Shown in pieces: positions 1-7,093 of a stretch of 28,588 bases of DNA (position 1 is its first letter; each line of letters begins with the position of its first letter). The notes beneath the pieces are model-generated. The model saw only the letters and a list, made by a program, of their open reading frames with translations. It was not told the origin of the DNA and made no database searches. The DNA comes from a bacterium (Candidatus Gribaldobacteria) CG07_land_8_20_14_0_80_33_18. Lineage in GTDB: Bacteria; Patescibacteriota; Minisyncoccia; Minisyncoccales; CG1-02-41-26. The position numbers and the translations under genes were made by a program. The stretch covers positions 1-28,588 of the forward strand of contig PEWP01000013.1 in assembly GCA_002779425.1 (NCBI GenBank). Direction: 5' to 3'.

Positions 1-88
1 TAAAGATTTGTTAAAAAAGAAAGTTGACGAAGCAATTAAAATTAACCCTTTATGGGAATCAGACCTCAAAAAATTCTTAGAAAGTTAA
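1..88 (+). CDS. 3' end of an unidentified CDS (partial)
   Basis: Open frame from position 2 reading KDLLKKKVDEAIKINPLWESDLKKFLES* to TAA at 86-88; too short to assign a function. Confidence 0.55.
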   Translation, partial: KDLLKKKVDEAIKINPLWESDLKKFLES

Positions 89-255
89 TCGCTCGGTAAC
101 GAAATTTCAAAGTACCGACCCTCAAAATCCCAGCGAGATTTTGGGGTCTGTTTTCTCGTCCCGCCACCCCGCTTTTAGCGGGGACCATGCTGGCGGGACT
201 CCGAAGACTACTTTGAAATTTGTTACCTCGCTCCTCTTATTAGTTCGCCTCGCTC
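89..255. repeat. TCGCTC-bounded multi-hairpin intergenic element
   Basis: TCGCTC 89-94; arm GGTAACGAAATTTCAAAGTA 95-114 pairs with TACTTTGAAATTTGTTACC 209-227 (one bulge); internal stems GTCCCGCCA/TGGCGGGAC and CCCCGCT/AGCGGGG; TCGCTC again at 228-233 and 250-255. Confidence 0.75.
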
Positions 256-279
256 TCTTTATAAATTTCGTTTTAAAGC

Positions 280-304
280 AAAAAGCGTTGGAAATCCCCA
301 ACGC
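280..304 (-). terminator. Probable intrinsic terminator of the DegT-family gene
   Basis: GCGTTGG 285-291 / CCAACGC 298-304 stem; on the minus strand it is followed by TTTTT (A-run 280-284), about 60 nt downstream of the stop at 367. Confidence 0.5.
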
Positions 305-366
305 CTTATGCCGACATAGATAAAGTTTTACGGTAAAACCGTAAATTTTGCACTCACATTCTGAGT

Positions 367-1506
367 TTAGCAAATTAAAAAGGATTTGTCAATAGTATTT
401 TTTATTTTTTTGATGAGTTTTTCAATATCTTTTTTACTATAAAAATTTTGCAAAGGGAAATTTACAATTCTTTTAGCAAGCTCAATTGTCTGGGGATACT
501 CGCTTAAATTAATTTTATATTCTTTTTGAACTTCTGGATTGAGAATAATGGGCGTATGCCAGATGCGAGTGGCAAATATTTTATCTTTTCTTAAAAGTTT
601 TACAAAGTTATCGCGGTTTAATTTTTTTGGGGCGAGAACCGAAAGATAACAAAAAACATTGTTTTTTTCTTCTTGAACCTCAAAATTTAACTTTTTCAAT
701 TCTTCTTGAAAGAACAAAGCAAGTTCAATTCTTTTTGTTAGATTTTTTTCAAAATTTTCTAAGAAGGTAGAAAAGAGATTTGATGAAACATTATTAATTT
801 CAGAAAATCTTTCTTTTTTTTCTTTCTTGAGCATCTTATAAGCGATTTCACCTCCGTATTTTTTGAAAAAATTAGCGAAAAAAGAAAAACAATTTAAAAA
901 AGAAATAAAATCACGAAAACTAAAAAAAGTTTTTTCTAAATCTATTTCCCAATCCAAAGGACAAATTAACATCCCTCCTCGTAAAGTTGGGAATTGTTTA
1001 TAAAGAGAAATAAAAGAAACATCGCCAAAATTTCCAAGATATTTTTCTTTGTATTTACCTAAAAAAGAATGGGAGCAATCCTCAATTACTTTTAAGTTGT
1101 ATTTCTTAGCTAAAAATAATATTTTTTCCATATTATTAGCTAAACCATAGGTATGAGAAATTAGGATTGATTTAGTTTTTGGAGTAATTTTCCTTTCAAT
1201 TTCTTCAATTTTAATATTAAAACTGAAAGGTTCGATGTCTAAAAAAATTGGAGAGATATTATATTTTTTAAAAATTGGATAAAAAATATCGCAGATATAG
1301 GCCGGAACTAACATTTCCGAATTTTCTAAATTTAATTTCTCAATTATAATTTTAAAAGCCGTTCTTCCCATATCGGTAAAAACAATCTGTTTTTTGGGAA
1401 AATAAAAAGAAAGCTTGTTTTTTAAATCAGGTTTTCTAAAAAAACAAGAAAAAATTTTTAAAAAATTTTTTCCATTTAATTTTATTTGAGGGTGGACGAA
1501 ATACAT
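367..1506 (-). CDS. DegT/DnrJ/EryC1/StrS-family PLP-dependent aminotransferase
   Basis: Motifs ENSEMLVPAYIC, ILISHTYG, VIEDCSHS, SFISLYKQFPTLRGGML (Schiff-base Lys region) and RIVNFPL. The start is moved to the ATG at 1506 (MYFVHPQ) from the TTG-type start in the ORF track. Confidence 0.85.
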   Translation of the reverse strand: MYFVHPQIKLNGKNFLKIFSCFFRKPDLKNKLSFYFPKKQIVFTDMGRTAFKIIIEKLNLENSEMLVPAYICDIFYPIFKKYNISPIFLDIEPFSFNIKIEEIERKITPKTKSILISHTYGLANNMEKILFLAKKYNLKVIEDCSHSFLGKYKEKYLGNFGDVSFISLYKQFPTLRGGMLICPLDWEIDLEKTFFSFRDFISFLNCFSFFANFFKKYGGEIAYKMLKKEKKERFSEINNVSSNLFSTFLENFEKNLTKRIELALFFQEELKKLNFEVQEEKNNVFCYLSVLAPKKLNRDNFVKLLRKDKIFATRIWHTPIILNPEVQKEYKINLSEYPQTIELAKRIVNFPLQNFYSKKDIEKLIKKIKNTIDKSFLIC

Positions 1507-1512
1507 TCTTTT

Positions 1513-1522
1513 ATTATATAAT
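1513..1522. promoter_or_regulatory. Overlapping divergent -10 boxes
   Basis: ATTATATAAT gives TATAAT on + (1517-1522) and TATAAT on - (1518-1513), between divergent genes. Confidence 0.5.
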
Positions 1523-1528
1523 GAAACC

Positions 1529-1585
1529 GGGTCGGGAGGTAGCACTCACAAAAGACATAGAATTGGAGTATAGCTCTCCCGACCC
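1529..1585. repeat. GC-rich hairpin (palindromic element or 5' leader RNA)
   Basis: Perfect 10-bp stem GGGTCGGGAG 1529-1538 / CTCCCGACCC 1576-1585, continued by AGC/GCT and ACTC/GAGT. Confidence 0.7.
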
Positions 1586-1590
1586 ATCCT

Positions 1591-1665
1591 TTAAATTTAA
1601 AATGCAAAATGCAAAGTGCAAAATTAAAGACCAAAATGCAAAATGACAAATCAAAATTCAAAATT
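1591..1665 (+). repeat. Degenerate heptamer tandem array (CAAAATG/CAAAATT)
   Basis: TTAAATT TAAAATG CAAAATG CAAAGTG CAAAATT aaagac CAAAATG CAAAATG acaaat CAAAATT CAAAATT. Confidence 0.85.
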
Positions 1666-2592
1666 AATAGAAAGTTCAAGAAGAATGTTTTATTGAGAGA
1701 TTATACTACTTTCAAAATTGGAGGACCGGCAAAATACTTTTTTGAAGCAAAAACAGAAGAAGATTTAATAGAAGCAATTAAGTTTGTTTATCAGAAAAAA
1801 TTGCCTTTTTTTGTTTTAGGAGGAGGAAGTAATATTTTATTTTCTAATGAGGGATTTGAGGGAATGATAATAAGATGTCAAATTTCAAATATTAAATGTC
1901 AAAATTCTAAAATTTATACAGAGGCAGGGGTGAAATTAAGCGATTTAGTAAAATTATCATCAGATAAGGGATTGAGCGGTTTAGAATGGGTAGCAGGAAT
2001 TCCAGGTACAGTGGGAGGGGCGATTTGGGGAAATGCCGGAGCATTTGGAAAATCGATAGCTGATATTATAAAAGAAGTTAAAATTTTTAATGCAAAAGAA
2101 TTACGAATTAAGAATTATGAATTAAGGGATTGTAAATTTGGCTATCGCGAGAGTATTTTTAAAAAAAATAAAAACTTAATAATTCTTTCTTGTCTTTTAG
2201 AGTTAAAGAAAGGTAAAAGAAAAGAAATTAGAAAAAAAATTAAAAAAAATATAGATTATCGTATTAAAAACCATCCCTTGAATTTTTCTTCAGCCGGTTG
2301 TGTATTTAAAAATTATGAATCAAGAATCAGGAATCAGGGATTGATGAAAAAGTTTTCAGAACTTAAAGAATTTAACAAAAAGCGTGAAATTCCGGCGGCT
2401 TGGTTGATTGAGAAATGTGGTTTGAAAGGAAGAAAAATTGGTGGTGCTCAAGTATCAGAAAAACATGCTAATTTTATTGTTAATTTAAGGAAAGCAAGTT
2501 CAAACGATATAATAAAATTAATCAATTTAGTAAAAAAGAAAGTAAAAGAAAAATTTGATATAAAATTAGAAAAAGAAATCCAAATTATTTAA
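1609..2592 (+). CDS. murB: UDP-N-acetylenolpyruvoylglucosamine reductase
   Basis: YTTFKIGGPA, GGGSNIL, GLEWVAGIPGTVGGAIWGNAGAFG, FGYRES, SAGCVFKN and VSEKHANFIVN. The start is uncertain (1609 or 1636); both candidates lie in the heptamer array. Confidence 0.95.
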   Translation: MQSAKLKTKMQNDKSKFKINRKFKKNVLLRDYTTFKIGGPAKYFFEAKTEEDLIEAIKFVYQKKLPFFVLGGGSNILFSNEGFEGMIIRCQISNIKCQNSKIYTEAGVKLSDLVKLSSDKGLSGLEWVAGIPGTVGGAIWGNAGAFGKSIADIIKEVKIFNAKELRIKNYELRDCKFGYRESIFKKNKNLIILSCLLELKKGKRKEIRKKIKKNIDYRIKNHPLNFSSAGCVFKNYESRIRNQGLMKKFSELKEFNKKREIPAAWLIEKCGLKGRKIGGAQVSEKHANFIVNLRKASSNDIIKLINLVKKKVKEKFDIKLEKEIQII

Positions 2593-2602
2593 ATAGTAAA
2601 TT

Positions 2603-3012
2603 ATGAAAATTGTTATTAAAGCTACTAATATAAAATTAACTGATGTTTTAGAAAAATATACTATTGAAAAATTGACTGGATTGGAGAAATTTTTGAAACC
2701 TGTTTTTGAAAAAACACAATCAGTAATGCATATTGAAATAGGCAAGTTATCAAAGCATCATCGAACGGGCAATATTTTTTATGCCGAAGGTCAGTTATTT
2801 TTACCCGGCAAAATTTTACGAGCAGTAGCGGAAAGGAAAAATTTTAAATTAGCCATAGTTGAAATTAAAGATGAACTTCAAAGGCAATTAAAACATATAA
2901 AGAGAAAGAAATAGTTAAACGTCAAAGGGGAGAGCGAAGGATTAAAAAAGACCTTAAATTATCTGAAGCAGCCAGATTCTATCGGAAAGGAAGAATTAGA
3001 GATGAAGGCTAA
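2603..3012 (+). CDS. raiA: Ribosome hibernation factor RaiA/HPF, apparently frameshifted near 2894-2900
   Basis: N-terminus IVIKATNIKLTDVLEKYTIEKL...YAEGQLFLPGKILRA...AIVEIKDELQRQL is HPF/S30AE-like. Frame 1 stops at 2914; the -1 frame stays open as YKEKEIVKRQRGERRIKKDLKLSEAARFYRKGRIRDEG* to 3012. Confidence 0.75.
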
Positions 3013-3218
3013 TCGCTCGGCAAACTGAGTCGCTCGGCAGCGCTGCTTCGAAGTGCACGCCGTCGGCTAATCAGTAAGAAAAGGTTTATTTCCAGCCGCG
3101 GCTATTACTCGCCAAGCCTTAAATAGTTTATTTGAAAGCGCAAACTCTATCTCGGGCTTGGCTCCGTAATGCACTTCTCATCAGCCATGCCTCGCTCCTT
3201 AATCAGTTTGTCTCGCTC
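3013..3218. repeat. Nested TCGCTC-bounded multi-hairpin element
   Basis: TCGCTC at 3013, 3030, 3192 and 3213. Outer arms GGCAAACTGA/TCAGTTTGTC; inner arms GGCA/TGCC, GCTG/CAGC, GAAGTGCA/TGCACTTC and CCAAGCC/GGCTTGG. Confidence 0.8.
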
Positions 3219-3227
3219 ATTTAGAAA

Positions 3228-3272
3228 TTAGTAGATTAGAATATTTATTAGTAGATTAGGATAATATTTATT
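3228..3272 (+). repeat. Direct repeat upstream of secA
   Basis: TTAGTAGATTAG at 3228 and 3248; each is followed by AATATTTATT (3240 and 3263). Confidence 0.6.
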
Positions 3273-3273
3273 T

Positions 3274-5784
3274 ATGTTTTTATCTAAACTCTTTGGCGCT
3301 TTTTTCAAAGCGCCTAATGAAAAATATTTAGAGAAACTTCAGCCAATTATTGAAAAAATTAATGAACTTGAACCAAAGTTTAAGAGTTTTTCTAAAGAAG
3401 AATTAAAGAAAAAAACCAATGAGCTTAAAGATCGATTAAAAAATGGAGAGAGTTTAAATGATGTTCTGGTGGAAGCTTTTGCTTTAGTAAGGGAGGCGGC
3501 GAAAAGAACATTAGACCAAAGACATTTTGATGTTCAATTAATGGGTGGAATAGTTTTGCATCAAGGAAAAATCGCTGAAATGAAAACCGGAGAAGGAAAA
3601 ACTTTAGCCGCTACTTTACCTCTATATTTAAATGCTTTAGAGGAAAAGGGTTGTCATTTAGTTACGGTTAATGATTATTTGACAAGAAGAGACACTGTTT
3701 GGATGGGACAAATTTATCACGCGCTCGGTTTGTCAGTTGGTTGTATAGCGCATGAGACAGCATATTTATATGACTCGGAATACAAAAAGCCAGCTGAGGA
3801 AAAGGAAAAAACGAGAGATGAATTGGGAGGCTTTTATATTGTTGAAGATTTTTTGAGACCTTGTACCAGAAAAGAGGCGTATTCAGCAGATATTACTTAC
3901 GGCACTAATAATGAATTTGCTTTTGATTATTTAAGGGATAATATGGTTTTTGATTTAAATCAGCAGGTTCAGAGACCTGCCCGCAATGCTTCGCATAGCG
4001 AAGCAGGCGGGGGATTTCACTATGCTATTGTCGATGAGGTCGATTCAATTTTAATTGACGAAGCCAGAACTCCTTTAATTATTTCTCAGCCAGATTTTGA
4101 GTCATCTAAGATGTATAAGGATTTTGCAGGAATAATTCCAAAATTGAAAAAAGATTCTGATTATTTAGTAGATGAAAAAAAGAAAGCAGCTACCTTAACT
4201 GAGGAGGGGATTAATAAACTGGAGAAAATTTTGGGGGTAGAAAACATCTATCAAGAGAAAGGGATAAAATATCTTCATCATTTAGAACAGGCGCTGCGGG
4301 CCCAGGTTTTTTTCGAGCGAGACAGAGATTATATTGTTAAAAATGGCCAGGTAATTATTATTGATGAGTTTACCGGTCGGCTTTTAATGGGTCGGCGATA
4401 TTCCGGGGGGCTCCATCAAGCGATAGAGGCAAAAGAAAGAGTAGAAGTTCAGGCCGAATCAAAGACTTTATCTACTATTACTTTTCAAAATTATTTCCGG
4501 CTTTATAAAAAATTAGGCGGGATGACAGGAACGGCCGCCACCTCAGCCGAAGAATTTGATAAAGTTTATGGTTTAGATGTAATAGTGATTTCAACCAATA
4601 AGCCAATGATAAGAAAGGATTTACCCGATAGAATTTATAAAACAGAGAGAGGAAAATATAAAGCACTTATAGAAGAGATTAAAGAAAGACACAAAACAGG
4701 CCAGCCTCTTTTAGTGGGGACGAGATCGGTTGAGAGAAATGAATATTTATCTAAATTACTTTCTCGGGAAGGAATTTCTCATCAAATTTTAAATGCCAAG
4801 CATCATGAGCAAGAAGGTCAAATTATTGCTCAGACAGGAAGATGGGGAGCTGTGACCATTGCCACAAATATGGCAGGTCGTGGGGTTGACATAATTTTGG
4901 GAGGAAATCCTCAAAATCCAGAAGAAGCAAAAAAAATTATTGGTTTGAATGGCCTCCATGTTATTGGCACCGAAAGGCATGAGGCAAGAAGGATTGACAA
5001 TCAGTTGCGGGGAAGAACAGGGAGACAAGGAGATCCCGGTTCGTCTCAATTTTTTATTTCGTTAGATGATGAATTAATGCGGATTTTTGGCGGAGAAAAA
5101 ATAAAATCTTTAATGGATACTTTTAAATTTCCAGAAGATGAACCAATTGAATTAAAGATAATTTCAAAAACCATAGAAAATGCCCAAAGCAGGGTGGAAG
5201 GATTTAATTTTGATATCAGAAAACATGTTTTAGAATATGATGAAGTAATGAACAAACACCGCGAAACAATTTATAAATTAAGGAAAAGATTATTGGAAGA
5301 ACCGGAAAAAATTCAAACGGAGCGGAGCATTAAAACTCAAATTTTAGAGATTATTGAAAATGAAATTAAGAGAATTGTTGAGAATTATGAATTGTCAGAA
5401 ATTTTTGAAGAGATAAAAACAATTTTTCCTTTATCCGAAGAAGCAATACTAAAGATGAAAGAAATGGAGAAAGAAGAAATTTTTAATTATTTAATTAACC
5501 TGGCAAAAAAAATCTATGAGCAGAAAGAAGAAAAGGATGGAAAAGAAAATATGAGAATACTTGAGAAGATGGTTTATTTGCGAATCATTGATAGTCTATG
5601 GCAAGAACATTTAGAGAACATGGAATATTTAAAGGAGTCGGTTGGTTTACGGGCTTACGGAGGAAGAGATCCTTTGGTTGAATATAAAACCGAAGGCCAT
5701 AAGATGTTTAAAAATTTACTAACTAACATTAATTTCCATCTTATTCGAACCATTTTCAAGCTGACCTTAACTCTTAAGATATGA
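3274..5784 (+). CDS. secA: Preprotein translocase ATPase SecA
   Basis: MKTGEGKT, VTVNDYL, YGTNNEFAFDYLRDN, IVDEVDSILIDEARTPLII, GMTGTA, ATNMAGRGVDI and QLRGRTGRQGDPG. No C-terminal SEC-C motif. Confidence 0.98.
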   Translation: MFLSKLFGAFFKAPNEKYLEKLQPIIEKINELEPKFKSFSKEELKKKTNELKDRLKNGESLNDVLVEAFALVREAAKRTLDQRHFDVQLMGGIVLHQGKIAEMKTGEGKTLAATLPLYLNALEEKGCHLVTVNDYLTRRDTVWMGQIYHALGLSVGCIAHETAYLYDSEYKKPAEEKEKTRDELGGFYIVEDFLRPCTRKEAYSADITYGTNNEFAFDYLRDNMVFDLNQQVQRPARNASHSEAGGGFHYAIVDEVDSILIDEARTPLIISQPDFESSKMYKDFAGIIPKLKKDSDYLVDEKKKAATLTEEGINKLEKILGVENIYQEKGIKYLHHLEQALRAQVFFERDRDYIVKNGQVIIIDEFTGRLLMGRRYSGGLHQAIEAKERVEVQAESKTLSTITFQNYFRLYKKLGGMTGTAATSAEEFDKVYGLDVIVISTNKPMIRKDLPDRIYKTERGKYKALIEEIKERHKTGQPLLVGTRSVERNEYLSKLLSREGISHQILNAKHHEQEGQIIAQTGRWGAVTIATNMAGRGVDIILGGNPQNPEEAKKIIGLNGLHVIGTERHEARRIDNQLRGRTGRQGDPGSSQFFISLDDELMRIFGGEKIKSLMDTFKFPEDEPIELKIISKTIENAQSRVEGFNFDIRKHVLEYDEVMNKHRETIYKLRKRLLEEPEKIQTERSIKTQILEIIENEIKRIVENYELSEIFEEIKTIFPLSEEAILKMKEMEKEEIFNYLINLAKKIYEQKEEKDGKENMRILEKMVYLRIIDSLWQEHLENMEYLKESVGLRAYGGRDPLVEYKTEGHKMFKNLLTNINFHLIRTIFKLTLTLKI
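3976..4011. repeat. 36-nt in-frame palindromic insertion in secA
   Basis: CCTGCCCGCAATGCTTCGCATAGCGAAGCAGGCGGG with stem TGCTTCGC-ATA-GCGAAGCA; encodes PARNASHSEAGG. Confidence 0.9.
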
Positions 5785-5796
5785 TAAAATGATTTT

Positions 5797-7086
5797 ATGG
5801 GAAAAAAGAAAATAGGCGTTAAATTGATATTTATTTTAATTTTAGTTTTTTTTACTTTTAATTTTGTTTATCCAAAATTTTTGAACCAGTACCTTGGTCT
5901 TAATTTTCCAGAAATTCCTTTTAAATTAGGGCTTGATTTGGTAGGCGGCTCGCGTCTCATTTACGAAACTGATTTATCAAAAGTAGAAAAAACAAAAACG
6001 GAAGCGCTGAGTGGTTTAAGAGATGTCATTGAAAAAAGGGTTAATATTTTAGGAGTGAGAGAACCCATAGTGAGAATTCAAGAGATTGGCGGTTCTGCTC
6101 GTTTGATGGTTGAATTGGCCGGCATAAAAAACGTAGAAGAAGCGATTAAAGCAATAGGCGAAACGCCGCTGCTTGAATTTAGAGAAATAGAAGTAAAGGA
6201 TTTGAACGCTCCGCTTCGCTCCGCTATAAATCCTTCGGATTTGAAACCAACATCTTTAACCGGTCAGTATTTAAAAAAGGCAAGTTTAGATTTTGACAAT
6301 GAAACTCTTGAGCCCATTGTTATTTTAGAGTTTGATAAAGAAGGAAAAGAGCTTTTTAAACAAATTACTTCCCGCAACGTTGATAAACCATTAGCTATCT
6401 TTATTGATAATAATTTGATTTCTTCGCCAGTGGTCAGAGAACCAATTTCTTCCGGCAGAGCTCAAATTACCGGAAATTTTACGCCGGAAGAGGCAAAAAA
6501 ATTAGTTAATAGTTTAAATGCCGGCGCCTTGCCAGTGCCGATAAAATTAATTTCTCAGGAAACAATTGCTCCCAGTTTAGGAAAAATTTCCTTAGAGAAG
6601 TCATTAAAAGCCGGTTTTTTCGGATTGTTGGGTATAATTTTGTTTATGATTTGTTATTATCAAATGGCCGGTTTGGCAGCTTCTTTATCCCTTTTGGTTT
6701 ATGGACTTATTCTTTTAAGTTTGTTTAAGTTATTTTCAATTACTTTAACTTTGGCTGGTATTGCCGGAGCTATTTTATCAATTGGTATGGCAGTGGACGC
6801 CAATGTTTTAATTTTTGCCAGAATGAAAGAAGAAATAAAGAAAGGCGATAGTTTTAGCCGGGCGATAGATATCGGTTTTAAACGGGCCTGGCCCTCAATC
6901 AGAGACGGTAATTTAACAACTTTAATTGAAGCAATGATTATGTTTTTTCTTGGCACCAGTTTTATTCAGGGTTTTGCCTTAACTACATCTTTAGGGATTT
7001 TGGTCAGTATGTTTTCTGCTATTTTTATTACTCAAACATTTTTAGAAATTTTTATCGGGTCAAAAGTAAGAAAACAAGATAAATAA
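5797..7086 (+). CDS. secD: Protein translocase subunit SecD
   Basis: KLGLDLVGG, RVNILGVREP, LAIFIDNN, ISSPVV, LNAGALPVP, IGMAVDANVLIFARMKEE and IRDGNLTT. Confidence 0.96.
   Translation: MGKKKIGVKLIFILILVFFTFNFVYPKFLNQYLGLNFPEIPFKLGLDLVGGSRLIYETDLSKVEKTKTEALSGLRDVIEKRVNILGVREPIVRIQEIGGSARLMVELAGIKNVEEAIKAIGETPLLEFREIEVKDLNAPLRSAINPSDLKPTSLTGQYLKKASLDFDNETLEPIVILEFDKEGKELFKQITSRNVDKPLAIFIDNNLISSPVVREPISSGRAQITGNFTPEEAKKLVNSLNAGALPVPIKLISQETIAPSLGKISLEKSLKAGFFGLLGIILFMICYYQMAGLAASLSLLVYGLILLSLFKLFSITLTLAGIAGAILSIGMAVDANVLIFARMKEEIKKGDSFSRAIDIGFKRAWPSIRDGNLTTLIEAMIMFFLGTSFIQGFALTTSLGILVSMFSAIFITQTFLEIFIGSKVRKQDK
6198..6245. repeat. 39-nt in-frame repeat unit in secD flanked by the GGATTTGAA direct repeat
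   Basis: GGATTTGAA at 6198 and 6237; core GATTTGAACGCTC-CGCTTCGCTC-CGCTATAAATC matches the reverse complement of 9338-9372. Confidence 0.85.
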
Positions 7087-7093
7087 AATAACT

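Noticed and set aside
122-373. ORFs 122..373(-) and 141..323(+)
   Set aside because: They translate through the hairpin element and terminators, and neither has protein-like features.
1482-1679. 65-aa minus-strand ORF
   Set aside because: Antisense reading of the heptamer array (FCILVFNFALCILHFKF).
3730-3880. Extra segment in SecA NBD1 (ETAYLYDSEY...VEDFLRP)
   Set aside because: Not palindromic or periodic; I recall it as a lineage-typical protein insertion, so it is not part of the repeat system.
5317-5329. ACGGAGCGGAGCA in secA resembling the GAGCGAAGCG core
   Set aside because: Too short, with no flanking arms; cannot be told apart from chance.
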